Positions 51,105 to 61,669 of a DNA stretch of 64,000 nucleotides are shown here, piece after piece. The stretch is from positions 1-64,000 of the forward strand of contig QPGO01000049.1 in NCBI GenBank assembly GCA_008632985.1. The letters run 5' to 3'. This DNA is from Psammoneis japonica. Taxonomy: Eukaryota. Both the position numbers and the translations under genes were made by a program. The notes beneath the pieces were generated by a model. That model was not told the DNA's origin. It made no database searches and saw only the letters and a list, made by a program, of their open reading frames with translations. Numbering within the stretch: position 1 is the first letter of the stretch; every line of letters starts with the position of its first letter.

Positions 51105-52174
51105 CTGCAAGCCTGTTGCTCCAATTGGAGACACCAAGACATGCCATCAAACTCACCACCAGAATGAACCCAAGGATGTGTGGCTGATGAACTCTGCTGG
51201 CCATTGTCTTCATTTGTTTCAATGGTGACAGGGAAGAAGATGAAACATTCTTCCCAGTCTCTGTCATCTGGCAATGACTTTCCAAAAGCAGCGGTGCCAT
51301 TGATTGCTTCATGAGATGCAAAGACCATGCCTTGGCAAGTTTAAATTCATGCAACTCTTCCTGCTGTTCCCAGTGCTTCTCTTCCTGCAGCACTGGAAAT
51401 GTGCTTGCCAAAGTCATTGTCAGGGTTCAGGCCAGAATGGAGAAACAAGAACACCATTTGAAAATGTCTGTAGAGAGCATGCTTGTTGTTGTTGTCATTG
51501 TCACACATCCAGCCAGGACAGCAGAGTGGATTGTGACAGGGGCGCACCATTGTTGTTGTTGGATGTCAGATCAGAGGATGAGTTGTGCAGTGTCCAGCAG
51601 GAAAAAAGGACAGGTGCAGCAGAGACAGAGCAAAGACAGAGAGCTGACAAAATGAAACAAAAGGAAACAAATGAAGCTGTTCTTGAGAGGTTTAAAAATG
51701 AGGACAAAATGAGCCACACAGGTGACTTGAACAAAGGCAGAGATCTGACAAATGGAGGGGAAAGGGAACAAATGAAAGCTGCAAGCCTGTTGCTCCAATT
51801 GGAGACACCAAGACATGCCATCAAACTCACCACCAGAATGAACCCCATGGAACTGAGGATGTGTGAGTGGCTGATGAACTCTAGCCATTGTCTTCACTTG
51901 TGGTGATGGTGACAGGGAAGAAGATGAAACATTCTTCCCAGTCTCTGTCATCTGGCAATGACTTTCCAAGCAGCAGTGCCGTTGCTTGCTCCATGAGATG
52001 CAAAGACCATGCCTTGGCAAGTTGAAATTTAAGCAACTCTTCCTGCTGTTCCCAGGGCTTCTCTTCTTGCAGCACTGGAAATGTGCTTGCCAAAGTCATT
52101 GTCAGGGTTTGGGCTAAAATGGAGAAAGAAGAACACACTGGGGATGCTTTTGAAAATGTCTTTTGAGAGCATGC

Positions 52175-52208
<34 letters not shown>

Positions 52209-52383
52209 CACACATCCAGCCAGGACAACAAAGTGGATTGTGACAGGGGTGTGCCATTGTTGTTGTTGGATGTCAGATTGGAGGATGAGTTGTGCAGCAT
52301 CCAGCAGGAAAAAAGGACAGGTGCAGCAGAGACAGAGCAAAGCAAAGACAGAGAGCTGACAAAACGAAACAAAAGGAAACAAA
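51105..52383. repeat. Direct duplication of ~570-600 bp (51105-51670 and 51779-52383)
   Basis: Both copies start ctgcaagcctgttgctccaattggagacaccaagac and end gagctgacaaaa.gaaacaaaaggaaacaaa. Confidence 0.9.
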
Positions 52384-54299
52384 AAGATCTGTGGACACAA
52401 TCAGCATGCATGTGAAAACATTTCAGTTGTTGACAAGTTGCGCTCTGGTTGAGCATGGCAACATGTTGCAGATGGAGGACATTGGCACTCCAGTGGGAAA
52501 TGTCATCCAAAGCCACAGAAATGGGTGTCAAGCTTTGATGACGAACTTTGAGTCAAGGGCTGAACTCATCATTGACAAAAGACACCTCGTCATCATTGTC
52601 ATCCAGGAGGTCCTGCATGAATCGTCATCCAGATCCTGCATGAGTTGCCCAGGGGGTGGGGGGAATTCAGCACTGGGATGGCCAGAGAATGATTGCAAGA
52701 TTGCCAGCAGGATTGCTGTTCCCCACCGTTTGTTCTTTTGGCAGGCATGAGGGATCCTTGTTTGAAATTTGCACGGTGGGTTAAAAACAAAATCTCAATC
52801 AGGGAAAAACAGAGGGTTGGACAATGGACCAACCGCTCTTTTTCTGACCATTCATGAGCAGATCAATCCATGTTGAAGAGGCAAACTGTTCTTTCTGTTT
52901 TGGCTTGAGACATCTGCACATTGAGTCACAAAACCTTGAGTGGACCATCAGCAAATTCTTCATTTTTGCTGGCTGAGCTTCTTGCAAGTCCTTGAAAATG
53001 CACAGGGCATCTGCTTTTCCACCAGCTCACAACATCAGGCTTTTTTTCTGACTGCAGGCCTTCTCCACAACAGTGTCCTTGAAGGCACCTGACCCTTTCT
53101 TCAGCAGGTTCTTTGCTGCATCACTGGAGAGAACTTTGGCTTTGGCATTGATGGCCTGTGGAAGCTTGTTTGCAATGGCCACAAACTTCTTTGGTTTTGA
53201 GCTTTGAGAAAAGACCAATTTGTGCCAGCAGTGGCAATTGCCTCTTTCAGACAAAACATGAGGGGGGAAAGAGTCTCCACTGTGGACGCACTGATGCTCT
53301 GAGTTTGTGCAACAAAGCCAGCTTTGGCAGTGAAGCTGCTCTTCTGCAGAAACATTGAGCAGCTGCAGAGAGGCTTTTAGACCTGACAAACTGGCATGTG
53401 CAATGCACCAGCACTCGAGGATGTTGAAGGCCTCCACCACTTTCTGGTGCCAAACAATGAACCAACAAATGGCCTTCTCCTTTTTTCCAACTTTCAGATG
53501 CAAACACAATTTTGCATCCCAGAGATTGACCCATGACATCATTTCCAGCTTGCCCAGGGCACATTCTTCAGACATCGAAGAGCACACCCAGCCATGTTTT
53601 TTGCAGGGAGCATGACACAATTTTGCAGAAAAGTGCACTCAGAAATGTGCGCTCATGACAGGTGGCACATCATGAAAAAACTTTCACGCCACAGTCTGGC
53701 AGCATGATGCCCCACCTGCAGCTGGAGCATGCCCCCCCCCCCCCCCCCAAAATTGCATGGAGCCAGAAGAAGCAGCTTGCACAGCTTTTGCAGCCAGAGA
53801 TGTCAAAAAGATTTTGGTCAGCTGCTTCAGCCAGGCATCATTTGATGGCTGACCAAAGCCAATTTTTAACAAGTGCCAGCAAGTGCCATCATTTCAGCAT
53901 TGCTGCCCATCAGAGCGTGCATTGCAGTGATCCAGACCACCTTTCTCACAGCAATTTTTTATTCCATCACAGTGCAAAATTCCATTGTTTCAAACCTTGA
54001 CAGTTGTGCAGCTGGCAATGACATGTCAACTGTGACAGATGAACATTTTTGTGCCACCATGGGATTGGACCCCCCCCTCCCTGTGAGGAAAACATGTTTC
54101 ACCATGAAACAGGGACACATTTTCCCTGTGAGAGTGCCCACCCTCTGTCATCACAAAACCTGCAAATTAAAATCATTTGCATTGTGCTGTGAACATTCCA
54201 CTTTGTTGTTTGCATTTAAACCAAAAATGACGCTGATGAAGCCAACACCCCAGAGTTTGCAGCAGCAGTTGCAGCTCACTTTCTTGAAGTGCCACTGTT

Positions 54300-54700
54300 G
54301 GCAGCCACCTTGTTCATTGCCAAAAAAGTGCAAAGTGTGTTGTGAGAGCACAATGTGGATGAACTGACACTGCCAACAGGAACGGCAACATGGACTTGCC
54401 GGTGGATCCGGTGCCCCTGATTCTGGAGCAGGCGAGTTTGCACCAGGAGCTGCTGTTCCATCATTTGAAGTGCCGTTGCTCCACTCCACCTCATTCATTG
54501 CCAAAAAGAGCAAAACACATTGTGAGAGCATGACACAGACAAGCCAACATGGCCCATGGGGGAATGGCAACATGGACTTGCCAGTGGTGCATCCGACACC
54601 ACTGATTCTGGAGCAGGCAAGTTTGCAGCAGAAGTGCTGTTGCTCCTCTGATCCACCTCATTCATTGCCAAAAAGCACAGAGCACATTGTGAGAGCATGT
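54300..54700. repeat. Tandem repeat of ~170-180-bp units (about 3 copies)
   Basis: ttcattgccaaaaa...ttgtgagagca recurs near 54313, 54494 and 54661. Confidence 0.8.
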
Positions 54701-54889
54701 TTCAGATGAACCAATGTGGGCCACAACACACACTCACCGGTGTGTTGGTGTGTCTGGCACCACTGATTCTGGACCAACGTTGATGCCGGTGTGTGGTGCA
54801 AGATGTCAAGCACCCAGCTCCACCCCTGCAACTCAAAGAAAACATAGAAAGAAAGCATGTGAGCAAGCAAAAAACATCTTGAGTGCCAC

Positions 54890-55420
54890 AGAATGCACTC
54901 ACTGGAACAGCCATGGGAACAAGCACCTCCCACATGTGTGCCACACTGCAGCGGGTGCTGCACAAAGGACAAAGTCATGCGGCAATGACCAAGTTCGCCC
55001 TGCACCTCCTGTGCTGCGGACGGTTCATCAATGACATGTGCAGAGCATGGACCAGAAACAGCGGACAGACTTGGGAAGCCTTTAAAAATGAGCTTGACAA
55101 CTCAAGCAACCTCCAATGGGTTGCCTCCCAACTCTCTGCCTCTGCAGTCTTTCTGGATCTGGATGTGGAAATTGGAGAAGACAGGTGCAATGTAAGTGAA
55201 CACATCAAAACCCAATGAAGCTCTTTTTGTGCATGCCTTTTTTGAAGAGTGTCATGCATGGCAAAAAACTTTTCATGTGTGTGATCCTGAGAGCTGCAGG
55301 AACAAGCACCATCTGCAGTCTTTCTGGATCTGGATGTGGAAATTGGAGAAGATGGGTGTGTTGCCAGTGAACACATCAAAAACCAATGAACCTCTTTTTG
55401 CACATGTGCCTTGTTTGAAG
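54890..55420 (+). pseudogene. Penelope-like retroelement reverse transcriptase fragment with a duplicated 3' part
   Basis: GTAMGT...MCATL, LLCCGRFINDM (cf. YxRYIDD), VFLDLDVEI (twice) and KPMNLFLH, in the expected order and spacing. Confidence 0.75.
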
Positions 55421-57348
55421 AGTGTCATTTGTGGCAACTTGTGATGATTCTGGGTGCAAAGCTCTGACATGTGCGATCACACCAACACTGCAGAAAAGCA
55501 AGTTTGTGATGTGCATGCACACAACAACATGCCAGCAGCTCAGCATTTTGGATGTGGCAGATTCGTGACAGCACACTCATGATCACAAGTCTCAAGCTGC
55601 GCCCGAATCAAAACCCATCTTGACCAACCAGAAGGACAGTGGGTCTCACCATGCATTGAGCCACTGGCATTGGCCAATGGGGCAAAGAGTCTTTCACCAC
55701 CATGGCCGGTTGTCGATTTGCAGATTTGTGACCACACGCACGATCCACGTGAGTCACAACTGCAGATGCTCTCATTTTTCACATTTTGGGGAGAGAGTGC
55801 ACTGTTGTGAAGTGTGCAGAAAATTGTGCATGCAAAAAACACACTGAAAATGCCGCAGACCAATGGGCTGTGCAAATCTGGGAAACATGAAGAAAAATGA
55901 AGGTGGGTCACGTGCGTGCGTGAAGCACTGCATGTGCCAGTGCAGTGGACTGCACACGTGCAAAGACACACGCACGTGAGTGAGGAGGACAAAGTTACAA
56001 CCAAGTTCAAATTGACTGCAATCAAAAGAAAACCAGGTTGTGCACTGTGAAAAATGGATTTCGACCCCAGTTGAGTTGAACATTGCATGCATTTGATTGA
56101 AGCTTGTGCAAGAAAAGTTGATGAGACATCAGATGAAATGCACAAAACAGCTGCATTTTGTTGAGCACTTTTGCTGGCATTTTTAAATTCTGCTTCTTGT
56201 TGACAATTTTGAAGATGCACATTAAAAAATTTACAAGGAAAGTGGAGACCACTGTGTTGCGGCCTCTGATGTCCCTGCACCCAACAACAAGTCAACAACA
56301 CATCTTTCAAAATGACAAAGACCAAACACAACAAAGTCTCAGCCTGTGGCAAGAGCAACACATGGGCTCATGCCATGTTGCTCACCTCTGTTGTGGAGAC
56401 GTGGTCACTTGAAAGAAAAAATCCACAAACAGGGGTGGGTTTGTGTGTGCCCCACCACACAAAAATGCTGTGCAGATTTGTGCCGAACAAACCTGCGCAC
56501 AACTCCAGTGCACCACCACGCACCGGCAGTGGACATTGACATGCAGCTGTTTTCCTGTGGGACCATGTGTCATTGCACCAGCAGCCCACTCGAACACCTC
56601 CCAGTTGGGAGTGCCATGCCACTCGAACCTCGAACCTCGAAGCTTGTCCAAAGAACCGGCAGCCAGTCGACACTCGTGAAAAACTTTTTTTATGTCCGAG
56701 AAAGAGTTCGTCAGGACCACCCCCCAACGATGCGACTGGTAGAAAATCTAAGTACTTCTAAGCTGCACAGAAACCCGCAGATAGATGGCCGGCTCGGCTT
56801 CTGTGCAAATTCGAGCTCGTAAAAAATAAGCAGGGTTATCATACGGTATCATCACACAGTGTAGATAAATACCGGTACTACCATATACGCACGCACCTTG
56901 CCAATAAGTAAATAACGGCGATTAAGTACTCGTACAATTGCACTCTCGCAATTAACATAAGCCTACCTCCCCGCCCCACGGGAAACAGTTAGGGCCCTTA
57001 AATGATGAAACATGGTTCGCGTCGATCGATTTATTTCAAAGCTTGTCGCACGAGGACATTATCGTGAAGATTACATATGGCTTTCCAAATGGATTGCGAA
57101 AATGTCTAATTTAGGGCGTCACTCGTTGAAACAGAATAATCAGAAGCTATCACGTTGCGTTCTCTTAGTGTCATTTCACGCTAATCGCTTCTTATGCGTT
57201 TTCAAATAATGTAGTAACAAAGCAGCAGCCTTAAACATTTTTCGGCGAAAGAAAAAAAATATCAGTTCGATGCATTTCCTTCGTGTCTCATTTCTCTGCA
57301 CTCCAAAACTGTCGCAAAATTTGCTCGAAAGGAGTTCAAGCGTTCAAG

Positions 57349-60221
57349 ATGAAGCACCTCCTCCTTGCGGCAGGCACTGCTGCCGCATTAATGAAAGGTG
57401 GTGTAACTGCGTTTGGAGGAAACAATGTAAGTCTCTATCCTTCTGGTCAAGAGCGAGTCCCTGGCGTCGCTGATGATGAGACTAGCTAGTAGCCTCCCAT
57501 CATCGTCTTTGTTTGCTCGTCCTCCAAGGCTACCATCCCCATCTCACATGTGTGGGCCTTTACCATGGATCTACATAACACTGGAAAGTCATCTCGTCGA
57601 AGCTTGAAACGGTAACATGTCCGAGCCTCGTGCCCTCTGATGAGTGTTGTCGCTCTGCATGTGCTTCTTCCCACGTTCATCGCTGCATTATGACACACAC
57701 ATCTGAGCAGCTGATGTCATTTTCAGTTGAAGTATGGTCTCGGTGGAGCTTCAAAGCGGCGTTTTCGAGCACCCTGCAGCCTTTGTGTCGTTGTCGTTTC
57801 TTTCTTGTTCTTTCCTTGTGAGGAGTGTACGGACGGATGAATCGAGTGTACTTTCTTTTGGAGTGCTTTGTTCCTGCTCCCTTTTTGAATACTCACCGGT
57901 TTTTTCCAAATAAACCCGTTGTACAAAAGGTAGTAGATGACTACACTCTAGAAGAACTTCTTTTTCTCGGCGATCTCCAACGGGAACTTGGTACCAACAT
58001 GAGCGTCCCCGGTGTCATGGAAAATGCCGTTTGCATGAATGACGCTGCTGGTGAACCCGGGCTTACATGTACCTCCAACGCTGTTGATCTAGCATCGGCT
58101 GTCCCACCCACAAATGTTACGGGCTGCAGCGAAGAAGGAGATGATGTCAGTTTCATGTTGCACTTCCAGCTCGACATTAATGCAGGCCAACGCTTTGACG
58201 TTGGCATTTGGTTTTCAGAAACGGGTACGAGCGCCCAAACAGGAGACTGCACCGTGGTGAATCTTCCGTTTGGACAGGCACCTACTTACGTTGACTTGGA
58301 TATGACGAACAACCCTTTTCCAGGAGGCGGCGCAAGTGCCCCTCCATCTGGCGTACAAGATACGTGCGGAGACCTTGACAAAAGTGCTCAGACGTTCCCT
58401 GTCTTGTTGACCATCCCCCTGACGGTGAAATGCGTCGATCTAGTTGGCAATGATCGAATGTTAGATGTACCGTACTGCACCAGCTGGAGGACATCAGGAA
58501 CGACTAAGAATACCCTATGCACATCGCCTCTTGAAACTTTTCCTCTTGAAAAAAGCATGTGCAGGTGCGAAATGCTAACGCTCCCCATCCCTGTACCAGG
58601 CACGCCGAGTCCCACGCCATCACCTACCCCGAGTCCCACGCCTGCGCCAACTCCTTCCCCTACCCCGAGTCCGACGCCGTCTCCAACTCCTGCTCCTACT
58701 CCGAGTCCGACGCCATCCCCTACACCAGCGCCAACGCCGTCTCCAACCCCTGCTCCTACTCCGAACCCGACGCCGTCTCCAACTCCTGCTCCTACTCCGA
58801 GTCCGACGCCATCCCCTACACCAGCGCCAACGCCGTCACCCACTGTGCGGAAGGGCGCTTGCTGCCCGCTAGCTGGATCCGACAGGGTTTGCTTCAAGGG
58901 AACTGAAGAAGAATGCCTTTCAAATTATGGACTTTGGCAAGGAAACGGCGTAACGTGCGAGGACGTAGATTGCCCGACCTTATCTCCTACAAGCGCTCCT
59001 ACCGAGAGCCCTACCATGGCTCCAACTACCCCGGCCCCGACTCCTGCTCCAACGACCCCTGCTCCTACCAGAGCTCCTACACTGCCCCCCACGAAAGTAG
59101 ATCAGAGTCCTGGTGCTTGCTGCACCTTGTTTGATGGATGCAAGTTCCTTTCTCAGGAGACGTGCGCTTTGGGCGGTGGTACATTTACGAAACCAAACCA
59201 AAAGTGTAAGGACACCGAATGCCCCACCAAGGGAGCTTGCTGCTTGGAGGATGGGTGCAAGCGAACCTTCAAGAAGGCGTGTACCAACCAAGGAGGCGAG
59301 TTCAAGGGATTTGGTGTGCCATGTGAACTCGGTTTGTGCCCGACCAAACCGCCAACTCCGGCTCCTAGCACCGCAGCGCCTACGCAGAAGCCCACCGTTA
59401 CTCCTCCACCTACTGGAGCTTGCTGTGATGTTGAGGATGATAAATGTAAGCAAACCACGGAAGAAGATTGCGACACGGGCGTATTCCTTGGACTTGGAGT
59501 AAAGTGCAAGCCGGGCATTTGTCCCACTAGGACTTCTCCTGGAGCGTGTTGCCTCAAATCCGGAGAGTGCCGTTTCTGGTCTCAAAGGACGTGCGCTACC
59601 AACGGAAACTTCTTCTTGGGCCCTGGTACTTCCTGTAAGAATGTGGTGTGCCCAATCAAGACTCCGAGCCCAACCCCTACTCCTGCCAAGAAAGCTATTG
59701 GTGCCTGCTGCTTCGAAAACGGACTTTGTCGCAACCTCATGCCTGGTGTGTGCAGGAAGAAGTATGGCAAGTTCATCGGTGTAGGTACTATGTGCACTAA
59801 GGACAAGCGCTGTCCCATTGGACCACGCGGCAAGCCCGGTGCATGTTGTCTGGTTGAGAAAAGACAGTGCAGGACTCTCCCAGAGAAGCAGTGCAAAAAG
59901 AAGGGTGGGCATTTTGGTGGTGAAGGTGTCAAGTGTAACAAGAAAACGTGCCCAGCCGCCTATGGTGCCTGCTGCTTGCCAAATGGAAATTGTGCCGTGT
60001 TGAAGAAGAATACCTGTGTGAAGAAGCACGGAAAGTTTGTCGGATTCGGCACCAAGTGTAAGAAGAAGACCTGCGCCTCCAAGCCCGGTGCCTGTTGCTG
60101 GAAGAATGGCAAGTGCATGATGTTCACACAGTCCAAGTGCTACACGCGCGGAGGAAAATTCGTGGGAGCTGGTGTCAAGTGCCGCAAGAACACGTGCCCC
60201 AAGAGCCCTGATTACAAGTAG
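57349..60221 (+). CDS. Secreted Cys-rich protein: N-terminal Cys domain, Pro/Thr/Ser stalk and nine GACC six-cysteine repeats; probable exons 57349-57426 and 57930-60221
   Basis: Signal-peptide-like exon [14 protein letters not shown] ends at GTAAGT. AG acceptor at 57929 joins in phase 0 to the long ORF with (TPSP/TPAP)n and 9 GACC repeats. The splice junction is inferred. Confidence 0.8.
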
Positions 60222-61669
60222 TTTGTGTTGAGTATGAGATGATGTATACATCTTGGGGTGCCACAAAGAGCATGTTAGAGAACCGTATCAGATGTGCCAT
60301 GTCGTTATGAGAAAGAGGGTACCCAAGATTTGCAGTTTTTAGTTTATTTGTATTCCAATTATTAGCATTATTTGTTAATGATCCAAGCCCACCAACAGCC
60401 TTGCCTACTCCATATCCCACCGAGACACCGACGAGCGTCCAACAAGAGAGCCAACAAATGCGCCACCCAAAATCCCAAAACCAAATCCGACAGCGGTAAA
60501 AGAGAGCCCCGACGAGAGCTCCCCCGCGATATTCAAAATCACCTACAGCGCTACCTCCTTATCCCATCCAGACCCAACAAAGCCGTCAACCTTGATGCCT
60601 AAAACAAACATGCCAACCTCAACTCCACCTCTCTTCCAAAATCGCCTAGAACGACAGATTCGACACCAGCGTCAAAGAATTCGGTAACCATCATTCCCAG
60701 GTAGGGCAAATTTTGAATTGGGTCGCTGCAGCATTTGATACAGTACAGTGGGATACGAAGCTTGGCAATGAAAAGCCATCTTGATATCTGAGTATATGAA
60801 AGTAACATATTCCGTGTCGGCCCAAAGAAACTGTATCCATCGTTTTGTGATTTTGGGTGTTCTGGCATTGAGCGGTTGCTGTATTACGACGTACAATGCT
60901 TCCCGGTTGGCTCACACAAACTATGGTGATACACAGTCCCAAGTCTAATGCCAACTAGCGAGGACAACGCCGCAATGCACTGTCGGTTCCCCGTCGGAAA
61001 CTCCGAGTCGTTACCCTCTGTCATAACAATCCTTAGTGTTTTCCTCCCTAGTTGTGGCGGTCCACAAGTCAGAGCCTTCTGTAGCAAACTCTGAAGTCAC
61101 CCTAACCAAAATCATGACTGATCCATTTGATTTTTGGAACTTCTACCTTAGAAGAGTCGCCACCACTACTGCTGCTATACCGCCAGTTGATGCACCCACA
61201 GCAACACACCCGCAATCCCACCAATGATCAAACTGCAACAACAAGAATAGCACAGCACACGTTGGCAACGGCGCTTTCTCCAATGTTCAAATCTCGGTCT
61301 CGGCACATTGTACAGTCAGACATGCTCTTTCTTTTTATTCTTCTTGCGCGCGCAATTTCGGGTGTTGAGCAAGAGGAATCGATTGTCAAAGAAGCATAAT
61401 GTCTTCCTGATGACGGGCCACGAATTCTTCCATTATCGGGCTGCTCAAAGCCGTGCTTCCACAAAAGCAAGGTTCTGTATAATCATCACGAGGCGTTGTG
61501 TCACCGGATCTGAATGAAACAGTCTCAAGCTCGGACGTGGCGTGGCAGTGGTGGCATTTTGATGCTACCCCGCGGCACCTCTCCTTCTTTATTGACGGGG
61601 CAAACGCTCCAGCCATCACAATGCCTCTGGAGTGCTCGGCACCGTAAGATGTTGACCGTCGTAAGGGGA

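Larger units (their letters stand above)
40450..56690. mobile_element. Second block of old decayed transposon sequence (TpA- and CpG-depleted); boundaries approximate
   Basis: Contains inverted homologues of segments in the 22.9-39.2 kb block, tandem repeats and a Penelope-like RT fossil. Confidence 0.75.

Noticed and set aside
22880..56690. Hundreds of 60-300 aa ORFs in the ORF track
   Set aside because: Overlapping in all frames, Tyr-free and C/H/Q-rich; explained by loss of TAA/TAG. Only fragments with recognisable TE motifs were kept.
58980..60266. 428-aa antisense ORF, and antisense ORFs over RPL10, HBS1 and the acidic gene
   Set aside because: Shadows of the real coding strand.
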